This document shows, piece by piece, positions 12,387 to 22,231 of a stretch of 64,000 nt of DNA. This DNA comes from an uncultured delta proteobacterium. Lineage in GTDB: Bacteria; Myxococcota_A; Polyangia; Polyangiales; Polyangiaceae. Below the pieces are notes generated by a model. That model had not been told where the DNA came from and ran no database searches. It saw nothing but the letters and a program-made list of their open reading frames with translations. The stretch is from contig CAWDXG010000001.1 in the NCBI GenBank assembly GCA_963806225.1, positions 256,001 to 320,000 on the forward strand. The letters run 5' to 3'. Every line of letters begins with the position of its first letter. The stretch's first letter is position 1. Both the position numbers and the translations under genes were made by a program.

Positions 12387-13094
12387 CTACCAGGAGCTGT
12401 GCACGCCGTACGTGCCGGAGCGCGTGTCCAGGCTGAGGAAGCTGGTCTTCCCCTCGCTGCACGAGCCGCTGTTCAGGAACAGGCGGCGGCCGTGCTCGGT
12501 GCGCGCTGCGTGGTGGGTATGTCCGGTGACGACCACGTCCGCGCTGCGCATCCCGGCGACTTCGACGGCCCAGCGCTGGAAGCCGGAGCTCTTTCCGTCG
12601 ACGTGCTGGCCGCCGCGCATGCCGTCGAGCCGGGTCAGGATGCGGTACAGCGGGCTCCAGCCGAGGCGGCGGACCCAGCCGCCGAACCACACCCCGAGCT
12701 CCGAGAGCCAGAGCGCCTTCCGGATGATGACGTCGTAGTGGTGGCCGTGCGTGAACAGCACCCGCGTGCCGTCGGCCTCGATGGCGAGCTCTTCCGGAGC
12801 CGCTTCGAGGCTGCCGGTCACCAGGTCGTGGTTGCCGTGGATGTAGGTGTACGGCGCCCGCGCGAAGCGCCTCGCGATTTCCGCGTGGGCATGCCGCGCG
12901 GCGGCTAGCTCGGCGACGGGATTGCCGTAGCGTCGTCCCGTCAGCGTCTCCCAGATGTCTCCCAGGAGCACGATGCGTTCGAAGTTGTGCTCGAGGAAGC
13001 GAAGGAACTTCAAGAACTCGCCGTCGTCGTGGCCGAAGGAATCGGTCACGCCACCGGGCCCCAGATGCAGATCCGAAATCACCGCGATCTTCAC
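12387..13094 (-). CDS. Calcineurin-like metallophosphoesterase (LpxH/UDP-2,3-diacylglucosamine hydrolase-like)
   Basis: SDLHLG, LLGDIWE, GNHD, THGH, GHTH and NSGS motifs; GTG start at 13094 preceded by GGAGG. Confidence 0.85.
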   Translation of the reverse strand: MKIAVISDLHLGPGGVTDSFGHDDGEFLKFLRFLEHNFERIVLLGDIWETLTGRRYGNPVAELAAARHAHAEIARRFARAPYTYIHGNHDLVTGSLEAAPEELAIEADGTRVLFTHGHHYDVIIRKALWLSELGVWFGGWVRRLGWSPLYRILTRLDGMRGGQHVDGKSSGFQRWAVEVAGMRSADVVVTGHTHHAARTEHGRRLFLNSGSCSEGKTSFLSLDTRSGTYGVHSSW

Positions 13095-13418
13095 GTCAAC
13101 CTCCGTCGCGCTGCCACACCCGCGCCGTGCGCGACCGGCGCGCAGGACGTAGAGGGGCTCGGGTGTGGGCTTGCCATGTCTTTGTCCGTCGTTTCCCCCG
13201 CTTGTTGCGGGCGACGGTGACGGACGGATGGAGCTTCTGGAAGATCGGTGAAACAAAGTACAAGGCGCGGGCTCTGCCGCGCGAAAAACAAGGGCTACAT
13301 ACTTGTTCTAGCCTCGTTCCGCCCGCGCGCAAGGCGACCGCCCGCTGTCGATGTGCCCCTGCCGGACCGAGAAACCCCTGGCCTGACGAGCCCGGGGCCG
13401 GCGATACTGTGCGACACG

Positions 13419-13769
13419 ATGCAGAGAAGCATGCGCATGGCGTGGGTGGCGCTTTTCGCGGCGGCTATGGCCGCCCAGGCCTGCAACGACAATGAACAGC
13501 CGTTTCCCGCTGACAACTCGTCGGGCGACGCCGCCGCGGGCGCGTCGGGATCCGGCGCGACCGGCGACGGTAGTGCGAGCGGCGGAACCGGCGGGACTAC
13601 GGACGACGGCGGCACCGACAGCAGCGCTGGCGGCATGTCCGGAAGTGCCGGCATGGGCGGCGCTGCAGGTGCGGCTGGAGCGTCCGGAAGCGCGGGGGCG
13701 GGTGGTGTTGCTGGCGCATCCGGCGGCACCGGCGGCAAGCCTGGCAAGGGTCAGAAAGACGCAGGTTGA
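13419..13769 (+). CDS. Small lipoprotein consisting almost entirely of a Gly/Ser/Ala/Asp linker
   Basis: Hydrophobic signal ending AQAC, then low-complexity sequence to ...KDAG stop. Confidence 0.65.
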   Translation: MQRSMRMAWVALFAAAMAAQACNDNEQPFPADNSSGDAAAGASGSGATGDGSASGGTGGTTDDGGTDSSAGGMSGSAGMGGAAGAAGASGSAGAGGVAGASGGTGGKPGKGQKDAG

Positions 13770-13785
13770 ACCAGTTGCGCGCCCA

Positions 13786-15333
13786 CTAGCCGCGCCGGCG
13801 GCGCAGTAGCGCCATGCCGGCCAAGCCGAGCAGAGCCAGAAGCGATGCCGGTTCGCCGGGACCGCTTCCAGCTGCGAGGCAGCCGCACCCGCCGCTCTCA
13901 TTGGCCTGGCCGGGCGTGGCCGAGACCCCGCCGTCGTTCGAGCCGCCGCCAGCGCCGCCCGCACCCGGCAGATCCGGTCCCCTGCCGTAGCCCATCACCG
14001 TGAACTCCTGGTCGGGCGAATCTGGATCGTTGCTCGTGACCGTGATGGTGGCTTTCTGCGCGCCGCCCTTGGTGGGCTTGAACCGCACACCCAGGTCGTA
14101 GGTGTCGGCCGGCCCCATCTGGGTGGACTGCACGGCGGGGCTGAACTGCGGATCGCTGCTCGAGAACTGGAGCAGGGCGCCGAGCTCGCCGGTGTTGTCG
14201 ATGCTGACGGTCTTGTCCTTGCGATTGCCGGTGTCGACCTGACCGAAGTCCACCGGCGTGGTCGGCACGAACACGTTCGGCAGCGGCAGGTGGACGATCT
14301 GCGTGGGGAAGTTCACCGGGATCGGGTTGCCCGTCACCGGGAACTTCAGGCCGACGCTGATCGGGAAGTTGAGCGTGATGCCGATTCCCGCGATCGAGTT
14401 GATGTTGATGACCGGAAGCAGCTCGATGTTGCCCGTGTAGGTGATCTCGCCCTGGGTCTGCAGCGTGAATTCCAGGTAGTCCTGGTCCACCATCGGAAAC
14501 ACCGTGGTGCCGTCCTGCTGCGTGATGGCGCCGGTGCCGCCGACCGGCTTCACCGACGTGGTCTTGTAGGTGAAGGTCGTGTCGGTCGTGGCGTCGAAAC
14601 TGAAATCGCCGGTGATGATGTTGTTGAAGTTGCCGGTGCCGACCAGCTTGCCCAGCTGATCGAACGTGACGCTGAACAGCTTGGAGTTGTTGAGGTTCGT
14701 GCCCTTCACGCCGACATCGACGCCGTCGAAGCCCCAGGGGTTGAAGCTCCCGCTGCCCAGCGCGACGTAGTCGAACTGCGCGCCCGGCAGGTAGTTGATG
14801 AGCGTGTTGGCGTCGATGTCGATCTCGCCCGTGTAGATGCTCGTGTTGAAGTAGAGCCCGAACGACGGAGTGAGCGTGTGCGTGATGCGGAACTGCGCGT
14901 CGGGCTTGGGGTCGCGCTCGAGCGACACCACGAAGCCACTCGTGTCCGGCCACGTTACCTGGATGTTCGCGCCCTTCTGCATGTCGACCGCGTAGATGGG
15001 CGAGGCGCCACTCGGGTCGAAGGTGACCTTGGCGTCGACCTGGATTTTCTGACCGCTGCAGTGAGCGGGGGGCGTGGGGGTGCACTTGGGAACCCAACCG
15101 GTATCGATGTTGATCGGCAGGGAATCATGCGACTCGATCGCCTGCTTCACGAGCGCCGAGCTGCACAGCAGCGTGGTGGGGTCGCAGACTGCGGGCGGGG
15201 TTCCCCCGTCGCCGCCTGCGTCGGTGCCCCCGTCCTGCGCCAGCGCCGGTGCGGAAAGCGCCAGCAGCCCGGCGGCGGCAAGCAGCGGAAGGCGCGGGCG
15301 AAGTGCCATGCGGGGGCGGGGCTGATGCTTCAT
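13786..15333 (-). CDS. Secreted surface protein with choice-of-anchor D/ASH-like Ig domain and MYXO-CTERM-like tail
   Basis: Signal peptide ending ALA-QDGG; DFGQV...I.N.G...V.F.P...ITVTSNDPD; C-terminal SGGCGCLAAG + TM helix + RRRRG; GGAG RBS before ATG 15333. Confidence 0.82.
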   Translation of the reverse strand: MKHQPRPRMALRPRLPLLAAAGLLALSAPALAQDGGTDAGGDGGTPPAVCDPTTLLCSSALVKQAIESHDSLPINIDTGWVPKCTPTPPAHCSGQKIQVDAKVTFDPSGASPIYAVDMQKGANIQVTWPDTSGFVVSLERDPKPDAQFRITHTLTPSFGLYFNTSIYTGEIDIDANTLINYLPGAQFDYVALGSGSFNPWGFDGVDVGVKGTNLNNSKLFSVTFDQLGKLVGTGNFNNIITGDFSFDATTDTTFTYKTTSVKPVGGTGAITQQDGTTVFPMVDQDYLEFTLQTQGEITYTGNIELLPVININSIAGIGITLNFPISVGLKFPVTGNPIPVNFPTQIVHLPLPNVFVPTTPVDFGQVDTGNRKDKTVSIDNTGELGALLQFSSSDPQFSPAVQSTQMGPADTYDLGVRFKPTKGGAQKATITVTSNDPDSPDQEFTVMGYGRGPDLPGAGGAGGGSNDGGVSATPGQANESGGCGCLAAGSGPGEPASLLALLGLAGMALLRRRRG

Positions 15334-15377
15334 GGTCGGGCTCCTGGCTTCATGGCCTGGATGGGCCGGGGGAGGGG

Positions 15378-16887
15378 TCAGGTGCGTCTGCGACGACGCC
15401 TGGACAGGAGCAGCCCTACGCCGATGAAGCCGAACCACAGCTCGCCGGGGGGAGCTTCTCCAGAACCTGCGCTGCGGCAGCCGCAGCCGCCGCTTTCGTT
15501 CGCGCTGGGGATTGCGCCGGGGGCTCCGGCTTCCGGAGCGCCAGCGTCGTCAACCGGATAGTCGGGGCCGCTCACCGCCGCGCCGAGGCCGCGCAGCTTG
15601 ACCTTGATGAAGCGGTAGTCGGGGTCGTTCGTGACCAGGGTCATCTCGGTCTCGAACAGGCCCGCCTTCTGCGGCGTGAAGCGGATCGTCACGTTGCCGT
15701 CCTGCCCGGAGTCGATCAGCGTGGAGGGCGAGGTCAGCTTGAAGGTCGTTTGCATCGCGGCATCGATGAAGCCGGTGGCGCGCGCCTTGGCTTCGCCGAT
15801 GTTGCTGAGGGGCAGCTTGCGGAGCTTGCCGCCTCCGATCGCCACCTGCCCGAAGTCGATGATCGGGTCCTTCGAGCTCCTCGATGTCGGGCAGCGGCAC
15901 GTGCACGCGGACCGGATCGAACACGAAGGCCTGATCGCCAATTGGCATGCTGAGCGGGAAGTCGGTGATGGGGATCGAGAACTTCTTGCCCAGCACCTCG
16001 ATGAAGAAGGCCGGAATCAGGTGCAGCGTGCCGTCGTAGTGGACCGTCCCTTCGGGCCACACGTCGTATTCCACGAAGGCGCCGCCGGGGAAGGCGCGAT
16101 AGGCCGTGCCGCTGGCGCTCTGGACGGGCAGCTCGTTCGTGCCGGCGGGGTCGATCTGGATCCGATCGGTGGTGTACGTCGCCGACAGCTCGCCTTTCAC
16201 GTCCAGCGACACGCCGCCCTTGCTGATCTGGCTGGGCACGCCGGCCAGCCCGAGCAGGTTCACGTCGAAGAGCGTGAACGACTTGGTGAAGGCGCTGGCC
16301 TTGGCCCCGTTGGGAGCGAACGCCCAGGGCGTGAAGAGCGTCGCCCCTTTCATGTGGAAGTCGATCTGCGGCACGTACGGGATGTCGCCACTCCACTTGA
16401 TGGGGATACCGGCGACGTTAGCGTCGATGCGCGCCTTGGCGCCGACCTCGAGCCCGTAGTCGAAACCGAGAAAGCCCCTGCTCCCGCCGGGAGTCGCCAG
16501 TGTCATCGACTGGGGCCAGGTCGTTTGCAGCTGACCGTCGAGCTCGACGGTCGTTTCTGCGGGCATCTTCACGTAGAAGCGGACCTGCAGCGGGCTGCCA
16601 TTGGGGATCCAGTTGGTGTCCCAGTCGAACGCGAACGGAAGCTGGATCGTCTTCGCGTACTCGAGCGGTCCAGCGATGGTGCACTCGAGATCGGCGCCGC
16701 CGCAGTAGTAGGCGAGGATTGCGCCCGGGCTGACCGACCCATCGGCCCCGGCGTCCAGCAGCGGTGCGGCGTCGGGTGCTCCGCCGTCCTGCGCACGCGC
16801 CAGCGGCGCGGCGGACAGCGAGGCGCCCAGTGCGGCACCGATGATCAAGGAGCGGAAGCGACGGACCACGATGTATCCCAGCGACAA
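15378..16887 (-). CDS. Paralogous surface protein with choice-of-anchor D/ASH-like domain and MYXO-CTERM-like tail; one frameshift near 15875
   Basis: ORFs 15550-16887 and 15378-15941 join at HVPLPDI.../DPIIDFGQV; ARA-QDGG signal; LVTNDPD; SGGCGCRSAG + TM + RRRRRRT. Confidence 0.8.
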
Positions 16888-17056
16888 GGCGCACGAGCCC
16901 TGCCAACCCTACAGGCTGCCTTGATTTGTACCACGAAACGGCCGAAGGCCGTGAGCGACGGCCGGGACGCGAGCGCAGCCGAGCGGCTTCGTGATCGCGA
17001 TCATGGCTGCTCCAGAGGCTGCCTACATCCGCACACCTGCGGCGTCGGGCCCGCGC

Positions 17057-19867
17057 TCAGCGTGGCGTTGCTTCGAGCGCCCGCCGGTAGCGATCGCGGC
17101 GCAGCTGGTCGCGGAGCACCTCGTAGGCTTCGTCCAGCACTTCGCAGATCACGTCGACATCGTCGCGCAGGTCCGCCGTCCGTGCGCTCAGGATACGGCT
17201 TGGTTCGAACTGGCGGCGCAGGTCGAGGTAGGCGCGGCGGATATCGTATCCGGTCGAGCCGCGGCTGATGCCGAGCACGGCGAAATAGTCGCCTTCGCGC
17301 ACGAGCGCCATGCGCGCCTCGATGCGCGTGCGCAGCGCTTCCTCGTCGAGCTCGTCTGTTTCGGGCGCTTCGGGTGCCCGGGCCTCCTGGCGGGCCGACA
17401 TGCTGGGCGACAGCACCTCCAGCACGCCCAGCTCCACCAGCGCGTAGAGCATCGGAGCCGGGTCGTCGGAGCGAGCGCTCTCCAGCAGCTCTGCAATGCT
17501 GGAGCTCTTCGCGCGGTTCACCAAGGCGATGTCGGCTTCGACGAGAGCGCACTCGCCGAGCAGCGACGCAGCCGGGCCGTCCGCGAAGCGTGCGGCGCGG
17601 CCGCCCATGCGGCGGACGGCTTCCTGTGGCGGTACGCTGCGCCGCACGACCTCGACCAGCACCTCTGCCCCGGTGGCGCCGCCGAACACCGCCGGCTCCG
17701 CCTGCAGCCGCCCCGGCAGTTCCTTCTCCAGACTCAACGCGCCGCGTTCGACTTCCATGACTCGCCCCACGATCCATTCGGCGTGGGCGCGCAGCACCGG
17801 CCACAGCTCGTCCTGACGTAGATGACCATGGGCGATCAACGCCGCGCCGGCGTGGCGCCCGAACTGCGCCAGCTTGCGTCCTAGCGGTGCCGCCACGTCG
17901 GGTGTCAGGACGCCGCGCCGGGCCAGGAAGGCGACGAGCGATTCGCCTTCGGTACCCGAGGCAGCCGTCACCAGATCGCCGTCCCGAAGCACCACGCGGC
18001 GGATGCCGTTGTTGTCCTCGACTGCGAGGGCGCCCGTGTAGCGCGAGCGCACCGCGCGCGCGAGCGCGCGCACGGCGTCTCCCACGCCCAGCGCCGTTGG
18101 TATCTCGGGCAGCGACGCCGCGGCGGACACCACCCTTGCCGGTGCCGGAGCGGGGGAGGGAGCCGCGGGGATCGGCGGTGCAGGCGGGAAGCCCAGGTTC
18201 GCGGTGCCCCTCCCGTACGGTGGAGGTGCCGTCACTGCCACCGAGGCCGCCATGCCTCGCGGGATGCCCAGTGGCGGTGCCGTGCGTCTCCTTTGCAGCG
18301 GCTCCAGCACCGAGGGCGGTGCGGGTGTCGCCTGTGACGGCGGCGCACCGTGGTGTGTGCGGAAGTTCGGCGCGTCGCTCGGTGGTGGCTGCCGGGCGGA
18401 AGGCGGACTCTCCCCGGACTCCACCGCGGTACCCGGCACGCCGGGTCCCGCGGGCATCCAGCTGGCCCGTGCCGGCACGGCCGGTGGCGTCACCTCGTCC
18501 CTGTCGAGGGAGGCTGGGGGCTCGCTTTCCGGCGCCGCCAGATTCTCGCTGGGAGGGAACAGGCTTCCTCCAGCCACGGTTCGCGGTCCCGTGGCGGTGG
18601 AGTTGTGGGGAGAGCCGGTCTCGCCGGGCACCGGCACGTCGCCGCTGGTGACGAACGCGCCGCGCGGTTCATTGACCGCGCCGGTGCCTCCAGTGGACCC
18701 AAGCCCTGTTCCGCCTGCGTCAGAGCCCGAGCGTGTCCCGAAGACGCTCGACTCCTCGCCATCGTCGTCGGCGTCATGGTCGAGCGGTTCGTCCAGTGCG
18801 GCGAGCACTTCCGCCGGCAGTACGGCCTCGACTTCCTCGTCCGGAGACAACCGGCTGGGTGGGTTGGACGGCGAGGGTTTCTGCCCCAGCCGCTGCTCCG
18901 CACGCGCGAGCAGCCTTTCCAGTTCCGGGCTCATCTCCGACTGCGGGATTTGCCGTGCGAGCGGCGAGCCCGCAGACTCGGCGTCCACGCCGAAGCCAAG
19001 CGGAACCGGCGGAGGCAGGCTCGGGCTGTCGCTGGAGGGCCGTTCCGCGGGCGGCGGCAGACTCGATCTCGACGGCGCCCGTGGTCCGGTGGGTTCGTAC
19101 GTGACCGGGCCCGGGCCCTGCGGCGGCTTGCCGGGTGGCGGTTGGGACGAGCGTGGCGGAGGCTCGGTCGGCCCTGCCGGGCGAGCGCCTGCAAGCGCAG
19201 ACGTCGCGCTGCTTGGCGTCTGTGCAGCGTCCTTCGTGTCGGTCTGCGCTTCGGCCGGGCCCGTCGCGTCGCTCGACGCCTGCGCGGGACCTTTCCCACC
19301 GGTCTGGGCGTCGGTGGCAGCCGGCGCGGGCCTGCTCCCCAGCGAGGGGCGGCTGGATGGCATGCGCGGGGGCGACGAGCTGATACGCCCGCCGGGTCGT
19401 CCGCTCGAGCTAGGCGGCCCGTAGGGGATCTGGGAGGGCAGCAGCGCACCCCGCGCCGAAGACGGCAGCATGGACGGCACGGCGCCCAGCGGCGGTCCGA
19501 TCAGCGCTTCGACCTTGCGCAACAGGGCGTACACGTCCACCGGGCGAACGAAGAAGCCGCTGCCTTCGTGGAACACCGCGTCGGGCATGTCGTCGAGTGT
19601 GCCGCCCGCCTCGCCCAGGAAGATGATGTCGACGCCGCTGCCGCCCGGCACGTCGCGTAGACGGGCCATCGTCTCGATAGCGTTGTCGGCGTCCACGTCG
19701 CACAGGATCAGCGAAGGACGTTGCACCGCGGCGCGGCTCACGACGAGCGTAAGCGGCACGTCGACGACGACGTAGCCGCGCACGCGCAGAGCGGTCGTCA
19801 ACCGCTCTGCCTCGGCAGAGGCATCGCTGACGAAGATCAGCGGCTCCGAGTCGGAGGGGCCGCCCAT
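17057..19867 (-). CDS. Atypical receiver domain + Pro/Ser-rich linker + DUF4388/PatA-N-like domain + degenerate DnaJ-like domain
   Basis: RPSLILCDV and FFVRPVD receiver motifs; RYTGALAV...RRVVLRDGDLVTAAS...ESLVAFL; C-terminal DYFAVLGI...IRRAY...EAYEVLRD. Confidence 0.78.
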   Translation of the reverse strand: MGGPSDSEPLIFVSDASAEAERLTTALRVRGYVVVDVPLTLVVSRAAVQRPSLILCDVDADNAIETMARLRDVPGGSGVDIIFLGEAGGTLDDMPDAVFHEGSGFFVRPVDVYALLRKVEALIGPPLGAVPSMLPSSARGALLPSQIPYGPPSSSGRPGGRISSSPPRMPSSRPSLGSRPAPAATDAQTGGKGPAQASSDATGPAEAQTDTKDAAQTPSSATSALAGARPAGPTEPPPRSSQPPPGKPPQGPGPVTYEPTGPRAPSRSSLPPPAERPSSDSPSLPPPVPLGFGVDAESAGSPLARQIPQSEMSPELERLLARAEQRLGQKPSPSNPPSRLSPDEEVEAVLPAEVLAALDEPLDHDADDDGEESSVFGTRSGSDAGGTGLGSTGGTGAVNEPRGAFVTSGDVPVPGETGSPHNSTATGPRTVAGGSLFPPSENLAAPESEPPASLDRDEVTPPAVPARASWMPAGPGVPGTAVESGESPPSARQPPPSDAPNFRTHHGAPPSQATPAPPSVLEPLQRRRTAPPLGIPRGMAASVAVTAPPPYGRGTANLGFPPAPPIPAAPSPAPAPARVVSAAASLPEIPTALGVGDAVRALARAVRSRYTGALAVEDNNGIRRVVLRDGDLVTAASGTEGESLVAFLARRGVLTPDVAAPLGRKLAQFGRHAGAALIAHGHLRQDELWPVLRAHAEWIVGRVMEVERGALSLEKELPGRLQAEPAVFGGATGAEVLVEVVRRSVPPQEAVRRMGGRAARFADGPAASLLGECALVEADIALVNRAKSSSIAELLESARSDDPAPMLYALVELGVLEVLSPSMSARQEARAPEAPETDELDEEALRTRIEARMALVREGDYFAVLGISRGSTGYDIRRAYLDLRRQFEPSRILSARTADLRDDVDVICEVLDEAYEVLRDQLRRDRYRRALEATPR

Positions 19868-19996
19868 GTGGGCGCCAGGGGGATCAGGCACCACGGCGGG
19901 CGAGTGTACGCGACGCGCGCACGGGGCGGCTACCACTACCCGACGACATTTTCTCCGGAAGCGCGCCAGGGACGGCAGCGAACGAGCTCGATGGCC

Positions 19997-20164
19997 TCAC
20001 TGGCTGCTGTCGTCCTGTTCGGGGTGCTCGCTCCCGCGTTCCTCGGCGCCAGCAAGCCGGAGCGCGATGGCAGCTCCGAGCCTGGGCCACATTGGAGCCG
20101 ACACCACCGCTAGCGTGACGAATCCGATGACGAACAGCTCGCCGCTGGTCAGCCCCAGGAACAC
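19997..20164 (-). CDS. Small (55 aa) TatA/TatB-like membrane protein, absent from the ORF track
   Basis: Manual translation from GTG 20164: MFLGLTSGELFVIGFVTLAVVSAPMWPRLGAAIALRLAGAEERGSEHPEQDDSSQ; resembles the TatA G...E + TM + amphipathic helix layout. Confidence 0.55.
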   Translation of the reverse strand: MFLGLTSGELFVIGFVTLAVVSAPMWPRLGAAIALRLAGAEERGSEHPEQDDSSQ

Positions 20165-20236
20165 GCGTCCGCGATACCACGTCGCTGGAGCCGCGCATAA
20201 TAGTCGGGCTCGATAGTATGGCGCTCGTGGTAGGAC

Positions 20237-20785
20237 TTGGCCGCTACGGATTGCGTACTCGGTCTAGGTGCGAACCTCGGCGATCGTCGCGCGACGCTCG
20301 ATGCGGCGGTGGGCGGAATCGGGGCTCTCGGCCGGCTCGTCGGTGTTTCGGCGCTCTACGAGACGGATCCCGTAGGACCACCGCAGGCTGACTACCTGAA
20401 CGCCGCTGTGCGGCTTTCCACGCCGCTGCCGCCAGAGGCGCTGCTCGACGAACTTCTGGCGATCGAACGCCGCCACGGACGCGAGCGGCGCGAACGCTGG
20501 GGTCCCCGCCTCCTGGATCTGGACATTCTGTGGATTTCCGGCCGCCATGTCCGCACGGCGCGGCTGGAGGTGCCCCACCCCGAGCTCAGTCATCGTGCTT
20601 TCGCGTTGCTGCCGCTGCTGGACGTGGCGCCAGACGCCGCAGATCCTAGGACGGGCCAGCGCTACGCGGCGCTAGCCTCGCAGCTGGACACCTCCGGAGC
20701 CCGCCGCATCGCTGGCACGGCGGCCGGAGCGTGGCTCGAGCGCCAGGAAGCCGCCCACCCGGATCGCGGCAACAAGCCCGTCTAG
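20237..20785 (+). CDS. folK: 2-amino-4-hydroxy-6-hydroxymethyldihydropteridine diphosphokinase
   Basis: LGLGANLG, SALYET.P, YLNA, RWGPRLLDLDIL, VPHP and RAFALLPL motifs. Confidence 0.95.
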   Translation: MAATDCVLGLGANLGDRRATLDAAVGGIGALGRLVGVSALYETDPVGPPQADYLNAAVRLSTPLPPEALLDELLAIERRHGRERRERWGPRLLDLDILWISGRHVRTARLEVPHPELSHRAFALLPLLDVAPDAADPRTGQRYAALASQLDTSGARRIAGTAAGAWLERQEAAHPDRGNKPV

Positions 20786-20816
20786 CCGGCACCTACGACG
20801 CAGAGCGTCGCACCGC

Positions 20817-20845
20817 TAGACACTTGAGCGCCAAGGTGGTACGAG
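20817..20845 (+). promoter_or_regulatory. Possible sigma70-type promoter of the atp operon
   Basis: TAGACA-17 nt-TACGAG about 110 nt upstream of the first atp gene; weak match only. Confidence 0.3.
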
Positions 20846-20954
20846 CCGCCCGCCGCTGTCTGCAGGTGAACCGGTCCGGCGCCCGAGCGACCGGCCCGGT
20901 CGGGCCAGGTGCGCGCCCCGCTCCGGACGGTCCGAACAATACCCAGGTGGAAGG

Positions 20955-21470
20955 ATGCTGAGCATCGGACTATGCGCTTCGACCGCACAGGTCGGCTCGA
21001 TACTCGAGGCCCTAGGGGTCATGAGCAGTGCCGGGGGTGTGAACTTCGACTTCGACCGCACCTTCCTGGTGCAGATGGTCCTGTTCATGGGCCTGATCAT
21101 GGTGCTGAAGCCGCTTCTGTTCGATCCGGTGCTCAAGATCTTCGAGCAGCGGGAGCTCAGGACCGACGGCGCCAAGGCCGAGGCCCGGCGCATGCAGGAA
21201 GAGGCGGGTGACCTGCTGCGCCGCTACGAGCTGGAGCTCGAGCGCATCAACCAGGTGGCCGCCGAGGAGCGGGAGCGCCTGCGCGCCGAGACAGCGCGGC
21301 TGGAAGCCGAGATTCTGGGCGAGGCCCGGGAGCTGACCGCCCAGATCGTCGAGAAAGGCCGCGAGCAAATCGACAAGGAAGTCGGCTCGATCCGCCTCGA
21401 CCTCGCCAAGCAGTCGGAGCGCATCGCCAGCGAGCTGGCGACCCGCGTCCTCGGCCGGGAGATCAGCTGA
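20955..21470 (+). CDS. atpF: ATP synthase F0 subunit b'
   Basis: DRTFLVQMVLFMGLIMVLKPLLFDPVLKIFEQRE TM anchor followed by coiled coil, ending LATRVLGREI; start could instead be 21021. Confidence 0.88.
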   Translation: MLSIGLCASTAQVGSILEALGVMSSAGGVNFDFDRTFLVQMVLFMGLIMVLKPLLFDPVLKIFEQRELRTDGAKAEARRMQEEAGDLLRRYELELERINQVAAEERERLRAETARLEAEILGEARELTAQIVEKGREQIDKEVGSIRLDLAKQSERIASELATRVLGREIS

Positions 21471-22231
21471 TGCGCCGCTCCGCGTTGACCGTCGCCCTGG
21501 CGATCCTGTCGTTCGTCGGACTCGTGCTGGCGGCCGCGCCGCGCGCGCTCGCCGCCCAGCCCGCCGAGGTTCCCGCCACTTCCGAACAGCCTGCTGCCGC
21601 GGAGCACCCCGGAGCGGATGCGCCCCAAGAGCACGCCGAGAAGTCCGAGGGCATCAACTGGTACTACGGCTTCATTGCTGAGAAGGAAGGCGCCAAGCCG
21701 AGCCTCTTGTGGCGCCCCAAGGGTATGGAGCCGCCGCTGTTCGCGGAGGTCTTCGACGCCCTGATCCTCGTACTGGCTCGTTTTCAAGATCGCGCAGAAA
21801 GCCCCTGGCCGACGCGCTGAAGAAGCGCAAGTCCGCAATCATGCATGGCATGCAGGAGGCGGCGAAGATGCGTGACGACGCTGCCCTGCGCCTGGCCGGG
21901 TACGAGGAAAAGCTCAAGCACGTCGACGACGAGATCGAACGCGTCAAGCAGGAGATGCGCGAGGCCGGCGAACGCGAACGCGAACGCATCCTGGCGGAGG
22001 CGAAGGACAAGCGCGAGCGCATGGAGCACGACGCGCGCTTGCTGATCGACCAGGAGCTCAAGGCGGCGCGCGAAATGCTGCTGCGCGAGACCGTGCGCGG
22101 CGCGGTGCGCTCGGCGGCCAGGATATGCTGGCCAAGCAGGTCACCTCCGCCGACCAGCAGCGGTCTCGCCGACGACTACATCGACGGCGTCAAGCAGCGC
22201 CGGGATCAACGCTCCAGGAGGTCAAGCGTGA
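21470..22231 (+). CDS. atpF: ATP synthase F0 subunit b with N-terminal exported extension; frameshifted in this assembly
   Basis: TGATG overlap with b'; KPLADALKKRKSAI...EAAKMR...RERILAEAK coiled coil; indels near 21775 and 22125-22165; GTGA overlap with atpH. Confidence 0.8.
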
